A DNA stretch of 64,000 nucleotides from a virus (Duplodnaviria > Caudoviricetes). The notes under the pieces were generated by a model, which saw only the letters and a program-made list of their open reading frames with translations, was not told the DNA's origin and ran no database searches. A program made the position numbers and the translations under genes. Within the stretch, counting starts at the first letter, position 1; the number at the start of each line of letters is the position of its first letter. The stretch is taken from the IMG/VR virus record IMGVR_UViG_3300028833_000071; one strand, 5' to 3'. Shown here one piece after another: positions 9,650 through 20,174 of this stretch.

Positions 9650-12244
9650 ATGAACAATAACAATGACCAAACATTTGACATTATGAATGATATTAATATG
9701 TCAAATGAACTTGAAGGACTTTTTAATTTCATTGTTGAAGATTTGTCAAAAGAATTGCCGACTTTAACAATAGATTTGAATTATTTTATGCTTGGCGCAT
9801 TAATTGAAAAGAACAACAACTTATATAAACGTCTTGAAATGTGTATGATGACAAGCACATTGGGCGCAATTTACAATAGTTTTTATCAGGTTGTAAGTTC
9901 TAAAGCATTAAGTGCGGTAAAGGCCAATAGAAAGGTAAGTTTTGATACCAAGGTGATTGAAACGTTTAAAAAGGCTGAAGAGATTGCAAAAGAATTGGAA
10001 AGCGAGGAAACAACCTCGGAACATGTGTTTCTTGCAATTTTAAACGATACTGATGATACAAATAAAATAAGAAAAGTATTTAATAAAGCTGGCTTGACTT
10101 ATGGCGTTTTCAAAGATAAACTTCAAGACAATCTTATTTCATTCAATGGAGATGGTGAAATGGAAAGTTCTGTCTTGGATGGAATGAGTGTTAAATTTAT
10201 TACGGCGAGAACACCGGAAGAGGCAATAAAGAAAATGAAAGACATGAAAGAAAAGGAAGAAGGAGAAATAAATTTGAATTCAGATTTAAAATTAAATAAG
10301 TCAAAAAAATCCAATTCCAAAACACCATATATTGACACATATTGTGTTGATTTAAATGCACTTGCTGAAAATGGTAAAATGGAACCAATAATAGGCCGTG
10401 AAAAAGAAATAACTGAAATTATTAGAATTCTTGGGCGAAAGAATAAGAACAATACAATTTTGGTCGGTGGAGAGGGTGTTGGTAAAACTGCTATTGGTGA
10501 AAATATAGCATATAAAATAGTAAACGGTGACGTGCCTGAATTTTTACTTAATAAAAGGCTCGTTTCACTTGATATGACAGCTATGATGGCAGGTACAACG
10601 CTTAGAGGTATGTTTGAAGAACGTGTTAAGGGCGTGATGGATGAAATAAAGAAGAATAAAAACTTTATCCTTTTCATGGATAATATAGGGGCAATTTTGG
10701 CTGATAAGGGGCGTAATGATTTCGAGTTTTCTTCCATGTTGTCACGAGGTCTCGAAACAGGCGATATTCAAGTAATTGGTACTTCTGATTTTGCTTCCTA
10801 TAGAAAAACATTTGATAAAGACCCAAGTTTGGCGAGACGTTTTCAAAAGATAATTGTCGAAGCACCTAATGTTGAAGAAACTGTTAAGATATTGAATGGT
10901 ATTAAATCTTCATATGAAGAGTATCATAAAGTTGAATATAATGAGGAGGTAATCAAGACATGCGTTAAACTTGCCGACAAATATATTTCAGAAAGAAATT
11001 TGCCTGATTCGGCTATTGATGTTTTGGATGAAATTGGTTCTTTAATTAGTACTTCTAATGAGCCCGAAATATTAAAGGAATTAAAGAAAGACATTAATAC
11101 TCTTGAAAATAAGTTAGAAGTCGCAAAAAGAGAAAAAGACTACGAAAATGTAGACGAAATATCAAAACAAATCATTTCATTAAAGCAGCAATATAATGAT
11201 GAAAAAGATGGTTATGAAAAAAATAGGACCGAAAATCACATACCTGTGACTGTTGATGATATACTTAATCTAATATCTACAAAAACAGGCATTCCAGTAA
11301 GTAATTTGAATTCTGATGATAAGAAAAAATTGTCAGGAATTAATGATAGGCTTAAGGAAAGTGTTATTGGACAAGATGAAGCAATTGATACTGTCTGTAA
11401 GGCATTGAAACGTAATAGAATTGGACTTAGCAATAACGGTTGTATGTATAGTTATATGGCAATCGGTAAAACAGGTACAGGTAAGACTTTATTGGCGAAA
11501 AAACTTGCTAAAGAACTCTTTGGTGACGAAAAGGCCCTTGTGAGGTTTGATATGTCTGAATATTCAGATAAGGTGTCAGTAAATAAACTCATTGGTTCAA
11601 ATCCTGGCTATGTTGGCTATGAAGAGGGTGGACAATTGACTGAAACCATTAAGAACAAGAAACATTGTGTTCTTTTGCTTGATGAAATTGAAAAAGCAGA
11701 CCCTGAGGTTTACAATATTTTCTTACAGGTTCTTGATGAAGGTTTCTTAACTGATAATTCAGGACAACGTGTGGATTTCAAGAATGTTATAGTTGTTTTT
11801 ACTTCTAATGTGGGTGCAAAGGCAGCTAGTGAATTTGGAAAAGGAATCGGTTTTGCTAACGATGAGGAAGAAAATACAAAGAGAATTCTATTGAAGCAAC
11901 TTAAAAACAGATTTCCACCTGAATTTTTAAATCGTATCAATGATGTTATCTATTTTAACACGTTGAATGACAATGACCTTAATTCAATTATTAAGATTGA
12001 AATCAATAAACTTGAAAACAGATTAAATGGAATGGGATATTCCATGGAATATGACAATGATGTTGTCCAATATATACTTAAAGAAATACAAGAGGAAAAA
12101 GATTTTGGTGCAAGGCCAATCATAAGATGTATCCAAGAGAATATAGAAGACAAATTAACCGACAAATTGCTTGAAAACGATTATGAAAAGGGGTATGTGT
12201 TTAAGGTTTCATGTCCCGCATTAAGTGTGGTAACTGTTGCATAA
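9650..12244 (+). CDS. clpC: ClpC/ClpA-like Hsp100 ATPase
   Basis: Clp N domain; two NBDs (GVGKT; GTGKT, LLLDEIEKA); GYVGYEEGG; IGF loop (KGIGF); FGARP. Confidence 0.9.
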   Translation: MNNNNDQTFDIMNDINMSNELEGLFNFIVEDLSKELPTLTIDLNYFMLGALIEKNNNLYKRLEMCMMTSTLGAIYNSFYQVVSSKALSAVKANRKVSFDTKVIETFKKAEEIAKELESEETTSEHVFLAILNDTDDTNKIRKVFNKAGLTYGVFKDKLQDNLISFNGDGEMESSVLDGMSVKFITARTPEEAIKKMKDMKEKEEGEINLNSDLKLNKSKKSNSKTPYIDTYCVDLNALAENGKMEPIIGREKEITEIIRILGRKNKNNTILVGGEGVGKTAIGENIAYKIVNGDVPEFLLNKRLVSLDMTAMMAGTTLRGMFEERVKGVMDEIKKNKNFILFMDNIGAILADKGRNDFEFSSMLSRGLETGDIQVIGTSDFASYRKTFDKDPSLARRFQKIIVEAPNVEETVKILNGIKSSYEEYHKVEYNEEVIKTCVKLADKYISERNLPDSAIDVLDEIGSLISTSNEPEILKELKKDINTLENKLEVAKREKDYENVDEISKQIISLKQQYNDEKDGYEKNRTENHIPVTVDDILNLISTKTGIPVSNLNSDDKKKLSGINDRLKESVIGQDEAIDTVCKALKRNRIGLSNNGCMYSYMAIGKTGTGKTLLAKKLAKELFGDEKALVRFDMSEYSDKVSVNKLIGSNPGYVGYEEGGQLTETIKNKKHCVLLLDEIEKADPEVYNIFLQVLDEGFLTDNSGQRVDFKNVIVVFTSNVGAKAASEFGKGIGFANDEEENTKRILLKQLKNRFPPEFLNRINDVIYFNTLNDNDLNSIIKIEINKLENRLNGMGYSMEYDNDVVQYILKEIQEEKDFGARPIIRCIQENIEDKLTDKLLENDYEKGYVFKVSCPALSVVTVA

Positions 12245-12245
12245 T

Positions 12246-12276
12246 AAAAAAGCCCGATTTATTTCGGGCTTTTTTT
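12246..12276. terminator. Bidirectional intrinsic terminator
   Basis: A-run-gcccga-tttatt-tcgggc-T-run between convergent genes. Confidence 0.8.
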
Positions 12277-12544
12277 ATACATTTGTAAATCCATATTTTT
12301 CAAGAACATCTATCAATTCTAAACATAAGTCTTCTTGCATTTGTGAATTGGCATAGGCTTCTATTTTATATATTTTGTTTGTTATTCCTTGAATGTGTTT
12401 ATTAAAGGCTTCATTACTAAATGTCCCATTAACGCCAAAATCCGTTTTACGAAAGCCGCCTTCTTTCAAAACTCTTTTTACTGACTCAGATACAATTTTA
12501 TTTAATTGGTTTTCGTTGATTTTAATAACTTGTTTCTTGTTCAT
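12275..12544 (-). CDS. Small protein with the canonical N-terminal KKQVIKINENQLNKIVSESVKRVLKE peptide
   Basis: Same peptide recurs at 48847; CTATTTAT at 12574-12581. Confidence 0.7.
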   Translation of the reverse strand: MNKKQVIKINENQLNKIVSESVKRVLKEGGFRKTDFGVNGTFSNEAFNKHIQGITNKIYKIEAYANSQMQEDLCLELIDVLEKYGFTNV

Positions 12545-12619
12545 ATTTTAAACATTATTTATCTTATTTTTATATAAATAGTCAAAAAAGCAAAAAGGTC
12601 AGTCTTCATCGGACTAAAT

Positions 12620-13237
12620 TCATGCTATTGGGCACATAGTTTCCTTTATGTTTTTGCCTTCTTCTAATTTTTTCTTTTGAATTTCAATATATTCAGAAAA
12701 AGGCTTTCTTTGTTTATTTCCTCTATAAAGCCATTTTTTGAATAATCGTAATGAAACTCCTGTTATTGCTCTAAATCCTTTCCATCCTTTGCTATAGTTT
12801 GCAAGATATGCTTTTTTGGCTTCTTTTTTTGAGTTAAACCCAATCATGACCTTACTTTCATCGAATTCGTCTTCCTTGTTATTTTGGTCAATAACATATA
12901 CTTTATCGAAATCATCCGTATGTGGACCGATAAAAACATCAACGGCATCACCATCTTTGCCATTACCTGTCGTATTAGTGAAATAGCCATAATGGTTTTT
13001 CATAATTACAAAACCTTCTGTACCATCGTCATTTTTATATTTTCTTTTTGAGCCTTTTGGATTTTCGATTGAAATAGGCATACCTTTTACATAAAAATGG
13101 CCCATACGGTAATTTCCCGCTTTTTTTTGTGCTTCAGTGGGCGTAGTATTAACATTTTCACATTTCGCATTAATTTCTTTTGAGGAAATTTCGGAAATTA
13201 GATGTTTTATTTGATTTTCTGTTAATATGACTTTCAT
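12620..13237 (-). CDS. Polyvalent-protein-type inorganic pyrophosphatase (InPase) domain protein
   Basis: PTEAQKKAGNY, ISIENPKGS, YGY...DGDAVDVFIG, FDESKVMIGF; N-terminal VILTENQ peptide. Confidence 0.8.
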   Translation of the reverse strand: MKVILTENQIKHLISEISSKEINAKCENVNTTPTEAQKKAGNYRMGHFYVKGMPISIENPKGSKRKYKNDDGTEGFVIMKNHYGYFTNTTGNGKDGDAVDVFIGPHTDDFDKVYVIDQNNKEDEFDESKVMIGFNSKKEAKKAYLANYSKGWKGFRAITGVSLRLFKKWLYRGNKQRKPFSEYIEIQKKKLEEGKNIKETMCPIA

Positions 13238-13238
13238 G

Positions 13239-14249
13239 CTATTTCAAAAAGTTAATATCAAGTGTTCCATGTACACCTATTTTATTATTTAGCCAAGCGT
13301 TCATTACTTTTCCCAAGAATAAATCACGCTCGGTTTTATCCAGAAACATTTTTTGAAATGTATCAATAAGATAATCTTTTAAATCATCAGTATACATGTA
13401 TTTTAAAACATTATCACCGTCCATCATACTGACAATTTTAATCTTTTTCTTTTTGCCGCCTTCTAATGTGGTATAATCATATTTCCTAAAGTTATTGTCA
13501 AGATGTTTTTTAACTATCAAAACCTTTTCGGGGTCAATACAATATGGCTTGTTGACTTTTTTATCAACAGGCATTTGTGTTTTTTGAATATAATCTTCTC
13601 TTAAAAGTTTAATTAATTTTTGTTCTTGTTTTTCTGACAATATAATTTTTTTACTTTCGTTAACTTGTTGTTGTGGCGTTTGCCCTTGTTTTGCTTGTTG
13701 CAATTTTGTCAGCCTTTCTCTTAATTGTTGTAATTCAGCAAACATTTTTTGCGTTTTTTCTCCAAATTCTTTATCATTTAAAATATGTTCACCTTGATTG
13801 GTTTCATCATCTAAAATATCAGGTATTTCTTCACCATTTATTAAAACATCACTATCACTTTTATCATTCTTTTCCGATATTTTCCATCCGTCCTGATTTA
13901 TTCTAGCGGCTATTTGATTAAATTCTTTTCCATGTTCAGGTAATATATGTAATATCAAAACACAGTATTCATGTATCATTTCATGGAGTAAACTATTTTG
14001 GAATGACCATTCGGTCCTATAATAGCCTTTATTAAATGCTAATTCGCCTGAATCATTGGCCTTTATTATCTGTTTTCCTTTATATTGTGCAGTATTATTG
14101 CGATAAACGGCCCAATTTTCAGGTTGACAATTATAACTGAATTTTGGCGTTGGTAAACTTTCGTTAAAATATTTTTTGTTAAAATAATTGAAGTTATTTA
14201 CCATCCACTCTTTATCGGGCACCATTTTATTTTTATCGTATTCTTTCAT
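13239..14249 (-). CDS. SprT-like metallopeptidase domain protein
   Basis: FNYFNKKYF..LP, LLHEMIHEY, HGKEF; internal VNESKKIILSEKQ peptide. Confidence 0.75.
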   Translation of the reverse strand: MKEYDKNKMVPDKEWMVNNFNYFNKKYFNESLPTPKFSYNCQPENWAVYRNNTAQYKGKQIIKANDSGELAFNKGYYRTEWSFQNSLLHEMIHEYCVLILHILPEHGKEFNQIAARINQDGWKISEKNDKSDSDVLINGEEIPDILDDETNQGEHILNDKEFGEKTQKMFAELQQLRERLTKLQQAKQGQTPQQQVNESKKIILSEKQEQKLIKLLREDYIQKTQMPVDKKVNKPYCIDPEKVLIVKKHLDNNFRKYDYTTLEGGKKKKIKIVSMMDGDNVLKYMYTDDLKDYLIDTFQKMFLDKTERDLFLGKVMNAWLNNKIGVHGTLDINFLK

Positions 14250-14454
14250 TTTTAAAGTTTATATCATATAAATAGTTTATACTTATAAAAAAAGCGGGAA
14301 TGAACCCGCTTGAAAAAAAACGATTTGAATATACGGCGCTCGGTAACATTCTTAAGGTATACGCCCACTATATTAAATGTTTTTTCTCCAAATAAATATC
14401 ACACTTTTTTAAAAAAATATTTTTTTGTATATTTTTTTTATAAAAATGTAAAAA

Positions 14455-15186
14455 ATGAAATATCAAGGAAACAAGAATAGAATTGTTAATGACATTTTAC
14501 CAATTCTTTTAAAAAATCGAAAAGAAAATCAATGGTATGTTGAACCTTTTTGTGGCAGTTGTTCTGTCATACAGAATGTTGATGGAAATAGGCTTGCTTC
14601 TGATAAAAATAAGTATCTGATTGCGATGTGGAAATCATTGGTTGACGGAAAGAAAATGCCAACGAATATACCAAAGGAGTATTATGATGATGTTAGGGAT
14701 TGTTTTCATGGTAAAAATAATAATTATACTGATGATATAATTGGATGGGTTGGATATATGGCTTCTTTTAATGGTAGATTTTTTGATGGGGGATATTCAG
14801 GTCATAATGTTGTTGGTAAAAATGGTAAAACAAGGGATTATATTGCGGAGAATATTGCAAATACATTAAAACAACCTCAATATCTTAAAGATGTTGTATT
14901 TAATAGTGGTGATTATGATACAATTGAAATACCCGATAATTCGATAATATATTGTGACCCGCCGTATAAAAACACAAAACAATATCAATTTTCAAGAGAT
15001 TTTGACTATGATAAATTTTATTCATGGTTAATAGAAATGTTTAAAAAGGGCCATGAAGTATATATATCTGAGTATTCAATGCCGGATAATTTTGAGTGTA
15101 TTTGGTCAAAAGAAGTTACCAATGCTATGAATCCAACAATAACTAAGCAAACGGTTGAAAAATTATTTATACCTAAAGAGAAATAA
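14455..15186 (+). CDS. Dam-like (D12 class) DNA adenine methyltransferase
   Basis: KYQGNK, YVEPFCGS, IYCDPPY. Confidence 0.85.
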   Translation: MKYQGNKNRIVNDILPILLKNRKENQWYVEPFCGSCSVIQNVDGNRLASDKNKYLIAMWKSLVDGKKMPTNIPKEYYDDVRDCFHGKNNNYTDDIIGWVGYMASFNGRFFDGGYSGHNVVGKNGKTRDYIAENIANTLKQPQYLKDVVFNSGDYDTIEIPDNSIIYCDPPYKNTKQYQFSRDFDYDKFYSWLIEMFKKGHEVYISEYSMPDNFECIWSKEVTNAMNPTITKQTVEKLFIPKEK

Positions 15187-15188
15187 TT

Positions 15189-15803
15189 ATGGCACAAGAT
15201 TGGAATGGAAATAAAAACAGTATTTTTAAAACCTTAGGGGCTTCAAATCACACTGACAAAGAACGAGAAATTGATGATTTTTATGCAACGGACCCAATAG
15301 CAATAGATAAATTGTTGGCCGTTACCGAATTACCTAAAAACAAAATAATATGGGAGTGTAGCTGTGGGCAAGGGCATTTGTCCGAAAGGTTAATAGAGTA
15401 TGGTTATCAAGTAATGTCAAGTGATTTGATTGACAGAGGTTATGGCCAATCCGGAGTAGATTTTTTAAAGACATCATCAGGAAATTTTGAAAATATTTGC
15501 ATATTAACAAATCCACCATATAAATATCACAAGGAATTTATACGACATGCTTTGGATATATTGCCGGATAATACACCCGCAATATTTTTGTTAAAAACAA
15601 CTGCACTTGAAGGTAAGGGCCGTTATGAAGAATTTTATAAAAAAGGCTATCTTAAGTATATATATCAATTCTCAGAAAGACTTTTGTGTGCTAAAAACGC
15701 TAAGTTTGACGAGATGAAGGCGGGCGGTGGTTCAGCTGTCTCATATGCATGGTTTTGGTTTGAAAAAGGTAATAAAAATGATACCATAATAAAATGGATT
15801 TAA
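15189..15803 (+). CDS. DNA N6-adenine methyltransferase
   Basis: DFYAT, IWECSCGQGH, SSDL, LTNPPY. Confidence 0.85.
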   Translation: MAQDWNGNKNSIFKTLGASNHTDKEREIDDFYATDPIAIDKLLAVTELPKNKIIWECSCGQGHLSERLIEYGYQVMSSDLIDRGYGQSGVDFLKTSSGNFENICILTNPPYKYHKEFIRHALDILPDNTPAIFLLKTTALEGKGRYEEFYKKGYLKYIYQFSERLLCAKNAKFDEMKAGGGSAVSYAWFWFEKGNKNDTIIKWI

Positions 15804-17392
15804 TGGAAAAAGTTAACTTTAGTGAAGAGCAAAAGGCAATATTTGATTTTGCCGAACATGGTATTCCTAATATGATTGTTCAGGCGGTTGCAGGCGCAGG
15901 AAAAACGACAACCCTTGTTGAGTGTGCTAATAGGATAAAATCCTCCAAACGCATCATGTTATTGGCTCATAATAAGTCAACTAGGGATACATTGCGTCAA
16001 AAAATTGGTGATAAAAATAATATAAAAGTTTTTACAATCCATGGTTTGGCATACAGAATGTTTATGGAACATTTTGAATTTGAGCCCAATATAGACAATG
16101 ACAAGTACAGAAATTACATAAACAAGAATATTGATGTAATTGGAAGTGAAGACTATCATTCACTTTCGGGTAATGCCAAAATGATGTATAAGTCAAATGT
16201 TTTTGATTTGATAGACAAGGCTCGGCATAACTTGAAAAAATCGGAGCGTGAGTTAAAAAGACTTGCTGAAAAAAAGTATAATATGACTCTAATAGCAGAT
16301 GAATGCTCGTTTGTGAATAAGATACTTGAATGGGGTTATCAAACAACTGATATTGTCGATTTTCAAGATTTATTGTGGTATCCAAGCCAATATGCTTATT
16401 ATACTAAAAAGTACTTATCTGATATTATAATGCTTGATGAGGCACAAGATGCGTCATTGGCCCAACAAGATATTATAAGTCGATGTTTTAAAAGAGAAAC
16501 CAGAATGTTTTCGTTTGGTGATAAAAATCAGTCAATCAATTCTTGGTGTGGCTCGGATACAGAATCATTTGAGCATTTAAAGGATACAACTCAGTTTAGA
16601 CGAGAAGCTGTTGAATTTCCGTTAACAACCAATTATAGATGTGGTACTAAAATTATTGAATATGCTAAACAATATGTTAATAATAACATACAAGCAAGAG
16701 AGGGTGCGCCTGAAGGCGAGATAAATTTTGATGCGCATGTAAATGACATTAAAAATGGTGATATGGTTTTATGTCGAAATATATCTCCATTGATGGAATT
16801 TTATAGAATTGGTGTTTCACAGGGGAAAAAAATGCACTTTAAAGGAGAAGAACTTGGAAAATCTTTGATAACGGCAATTGATTGTTCTTATGGTAATACA
16901 CCAAAAGAAATAATTGACAGCCTTAAGCATAGACTTATTGCAACTTGGGATTTTCTTACGGAAGAGAGTGGACTTGATAAAAAAGAAACCATGACAAATT
17001 CTATGATAATTTCGTTACTTGATAATATAAAAACAATTGAGAATTTTCCTAAAACAGTTGAAACACGAAATGATATTGAAAAGTTTATAAAAGAGGTGTT
17101 TTCAAATGAAGAAGAAGACGGTGTTGAATTATCCACAATACATAGAGCAAAAGGTCTTGAATCTGATAATGTTTTTATTATTTGTCCTTCATTGATACCA
17201 AGTAGACTTGCAGAAACTGATTGGGAAATAGAGGAAGAAAGACATCTTCAATATGTTATGTGCACAAGAGCCAAAAATACGCTTAATTTTGTGAGTGAAA
17301 AAGAAATAAAGCCAAAAGAATATTTTTCTGAAAAGAATACACTATTTAAAGAATTAGAAAAAATACGAGAGGAAATAAATTATGTTGTATAG
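15794..17392 (+). CDS. UvrD/Rep superfamily 1 helicase
   Basis: AVAGAGKTT, LDEAQD, GDKNQSI, NYRC, STIHRAKGLE, YVMCTRAK. Confidence 0.9.
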   Translation: MDLMEKVNFSEEQKAIFDFAEHGIPNMIVQAVAGAGKTTTLVECANRIKSSKRIMLLAHNKSTRDTLRQKIGDKNNIKVFTIHGLAYRMFMEHFEFEPNIDNDKYRNYINKNIDVIGSEDYHSLSGNAKMMYKSNVFDLIDKARHNLKKSERELKRLAEKKYNMTLIADECSFVNKILEWGYQTTDIVDFQDLLWYPSQYAYYTKKYLSDIIMLDEAQDASLAQQDIISRCFKRETRMFSFGDKNQSINSWCGSDTESFEHLKDTTQFRREAVEFPLTTNYRCGTKIIEYAKQYVNNNIQAREGAPEGEINFDAHVNDIKNGDMVLCRNISPLMEFYRIGVSQGKKMHFKGEELGKSLITAIDCSYGNTPKEIIDSLKHRLIATWDFLTEESGLDKKETMTNSMIISLLDNIKTIENFPKTVETRNDIEKFIKEVFSNEEEDGVELSTIHRAKGLESDNVFIICPSLIPSRLAETDWEIEEERHLQYVMCTRAKNTLNFVSEKEIKPKEYFSEKNTLFKELEKIREEINYVV

Positions 17393-17612
17393 TAGAAGAG
17401 CTAGACGCCAAAAAAAGAGGGATTCTGATAACGATAGTCTCTTTTTTTATACGGATAATAGCGTGGCAAAAATCGGACCTGTTCCATATTGCAATGATTG
17501 GGACATGGGAAGAAATGGTGCTTCTTATTTAAATGAACAATTATACATTTATGATAATAACATTGTTAAACTTGAGACAGCAAGTAGTTTAATGTATCGT
17601 TATAAAATTTAA
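17382..17612 (+). CDS. Hypothetical protein
   Basis: ORF filling the operon gap. Confidence 0.45.
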   Translation: MLYSRRARRQKKRDSDNDSLFFYTDNSVAKIGPVPYCNDWDMGRNGASYLNEQLYIYDNNIVKLETASSLMYRYKI

Positions 17613-17625
17613 AAACTTAAAAAAA

Positions 17626-18339
17626 ATGAAAATATTAGCAACTTCAGATTTACATGGGTTTTTACCCGAAATAGGAGAACAATTTGATTTATTGTTAATT
17701 TGTGGCGATATATGCCCGGTTGAATGCCATAACAGAAAATTTCAAGACAAGTGGATACATGAGGATTTTATCCCATGGATAAATTCATTACCATACAAGG
17801 AAGAATGGTCAAAAGTTATTATGATACCAGGAAATCATGATTTTATTTTTGGAAAATATTCAAAAAAAGATTGTAATGAAATTGAAGAAAAATGTAATAA
17901 TAGCCTTAAAATTCTTAGGCATGAATTGTATGAATTTGAATTTTCTGTGAGTGACGGAATCGATTCTTTAAAGATATTTGGTACGCCTTATTGTACTATT
18001 TTCGGTAATTGGGCATTTATGTGTGAAAATGATGTTTTGGAGAAAAAATATTCTGAAATACCTGAAGATATTGATATTTTAATGTCCCATGATGCCCCTA
18101 ATGTTAATAAATTAGGGGCTATTACACAAGGAAACTATAAAAGTGATACAACAGGGAATCCATTATTATCTAAAGTAATTGAAAGAGTTAAGCCCAAAAT
18201 GTTTATTTGTGGCCATTTTCATAGCGGAAACCATGAATGGTCAAAGATAGGTGACACTTTATGCGCAAATGTTTCATATGTAAATGAAGAATATGAACCT
18301 TTTTGGGCAATTCAAACTATTTATCTTGATGAAGAATAA
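17626..18339 (+). CDS. Calcineurin-like metallophosphoesterase
   Basis: SDLHG, CGD, GNHD, SH, GHFH. Confidence 0.9.
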   Translation: MKILATSDLHGFLPEIGEQFDLLLICGDICPVECHNRKFQDKWIHEDFIPWINSLPYKEEWSKVIMIPGNHDFIFGKYSKKDCNEIEEKCNNSLKILRHELYEFEFSVSDGIDSLKIFGTPYCTIFGNWAFMCENDVLEKKYSEIPEDIDILMSHDAPNVNKLGAITQGNYKSDTTGNPLLSKVIERVKPKMFICGHFHSGNHEWSKIGDTLCANVSYVNEEYEPFWAIQTIYLDEE

Positions 18340-18357
18340 TAAATTAAAAATAAAAAT

Positions 18358-19266
18358 ATGTCAAAGAATTTTTTAAACGAAGTTAAGTCATTAATTAATA
18401 GAATGGAAAACCCTGAAACATTAAATGAGGCAAAGACAAATTTTAGATTTATTGAAAATCCGGAAAAACTTCCCGATATGCTTACGAGTCTTAAACCAGG
18501 TAAAATGTTTACATTTGGATATGTAACTGCTGCTTCGGTTGATTATCCAACAGTAAAGAAGAAAAACCCTGAAACAAACAGAATGAAAGCCTATAATGAT
18601 TATGAAACATTTGGGAAAAATCTTGGAGAAGAGGGTGAAATCGTAGGCGTTATTAAAGTCGCCATGTATAATTTTCCATGGCAAGAACAACAGGGTGTTA
18701 TTGATAGATATAATGATTGGAAAACTAAGAGAGACGAACTTGCTGCAAAATTTGGTGTTGAATATGGAAAAGCTAGATATGGTACTGAAATGAATGATTT
18801 TGGCAGTGGCCTTCAAAGTTATAAAGGTAATAATCAGGAACTTATGGGGAATACTTATTTGAATTTTATTTCACCAAATGAGATTAAGGCGTTTAAGAGT
18901 ACTTATTACTTATTATTTAAAGATGGTAGCATTAAAGAAGTCGATAAAAATAAATTAAAATTTAAAAATGCAAAACCTGCATATGATGCTCTTCAAAAAT
19001 TAAGAGACGCTGGCGCAACAGAAAAAGATTTGGAGGGCCTTGCCACAATGAATTATAAAAAATTTGAAAACTCACAAATTTTGTTTGTATCAGGAACTGA
19101 AATAGATGGCGTACCTACTCTTTTAATTAACGATAAATTATCGGATAAAATAAGTGGCATAACTGGCGCAAACCGTGAGGCTATCATTCAGATTGCAAAA
19201 GACAGGTATGCAGACGCTCTTAATGTACAAGAGGGTAAAGAAGCAGTTTTTGTTGAAGTTTTATAA
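18358..19266 (+). CDS. Putative virion protein (late motif; N-terminal FLNEVKSLINRME...LNE)
   Basis: CTATTTAT at 18317-18324, embedded in the upstream gene. Confidence 0.6.
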   Translation: MSKNFLNEVKSLINRMENPETLNEAKTNFRFIENPEKLPDMLTSLKPGKMFTFGYVTAASVDYPTVKKKNPETNRMKAYNDYETFGKNLGEEGEIVGVIKVAMYNFPWQEQQGVIDRYNDWKTKRDELAAKFGVEYGKARYGTEMNDFGSGLQSYKGNNQELMGNTYLNFISPNEIKAFKSTYYLLFKDGSIKEVDKNKLKFKNAKPAYDALQKLRDAGATEKDLEGLATMNYKKFENSQILFVSGTEIDGVPTLLINDKLSDKISGITGANREAIIQIAKDRYADALNVQEGKEAVFVEVL

Positions 19267-19318
19267 GAAAAAGTTTATTTTTAATTTTTTTTGTATATTA
19301 AAGAAAAACTTTATTTTT

Positions 19319-20137
19319 ATGATTAACAAAGAAGATAGATTAAAATTATTTGTCAATGAACTTAATGACATAACAGAAGAAAACATAAAAAAGTTTGCTG
19401 AGGAACTTATTTCAAATGCAGATGAGTATTTTTTTATTGTACCCGCTTCAACTAGTGGCAAATATCATCCGCAATTTGACCTTGGCGATGGTGGTCTTGT
19501 AAGGCATACAAGATGTGTTGTTTTCTTTGCCCAATGTGAGGCAATTTCAAGAATGTTTAGTGAACACGAAACTAATTTACTTATTGTGGCAGCAATTGCC
19601 CATGATATAAAGAAACTTGGCGACGGAAAAGGAAAACATACAGTTGATGACCACCCAATTCATGCTGCTAAATATGTTAAAACCATGAACGAAAAAACCA
19701 AATTATTAAATGCTGATGATGAAAAGACAATTTTGCATATGGTTTTGTCTCATATGGGAAAATGGGGCCATGAAAAGGTATCAGCATTGCCATTGCCATC
19801 TACTGATTTGGAAAAGGCTTTGCAGGCGGCTGATTATATTGCAAGCAGAAAGGAATTGCTTGGTTTTGACTTTAAACCGACAGAAAAAGTCGAAATTATT
19901 AAAGAAGAAGTGAAACCATCTGATTTTATTATTAATTTTGGAAAATTCTCAGGCAAGACAATTAAGGAGGCTTATGAAGCAGGTAAACCTGATGATACAT
20001 ATCTTCATTGGATGATGAGACAAACGGAGTTTAATAACCAAGAAACACGTTTAATGGGTATGAAATATCTCAATGAGATTGGCAAACTTCCAAAAGAATA
20101 TTTAAAAGAAATTGAAGGAAATAATTTTGTTATATAA
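19319..20137 (+). CDS. HD-domain phosphohydrolase
   Basis: PASTSGKYH, GGLVRHT, AHDIKK, SHMG, ADYIAS; C-terminal FGKFSGKTI motif. Confidence 0.8.
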   Translation: MINKEDRLKLFVNELNDITEENIKKFAEELISNADEYFFIVPASTSGKYHPQFDLGDGGLVRHTRCVVFFAQCEAISRMFSEHETNLLIVAAIAHDIKKLGDGKGKHTVDDHPIHAAKYVKTMNEKTKLLNADDEKTILHMVLSHMGKWGHEKVSALPLPSTDLEKALQAADYIASRKELLGFDFKPTEKVEIIKEEVKPSDFIINFGKFSGKTIKEAYEAGKPDDTYLHWMMRQTEFNNQETRLMGMKYLNEIGKLPKEYLKEIEGNNFVI

Positions 20138-20174
20138 ACTTTTTTCTGTATATTCTTGTTATAAAATCAAAAAA

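Noticed and set aside
14290-14370. Possible tRNA or ncRNA in a slightly GC-richer intergenic patch
   Set aside because: Only a short hairpin (gcggg-aatgaa-cccgc); no cloverleaf or T-loop motif recognised.
14455-17392. Restriction-modification or defence system (two MTases + helicase)
   Set aside because: No cognate endonuclease; orphan MTases are common anti-restriction genes in large phages.
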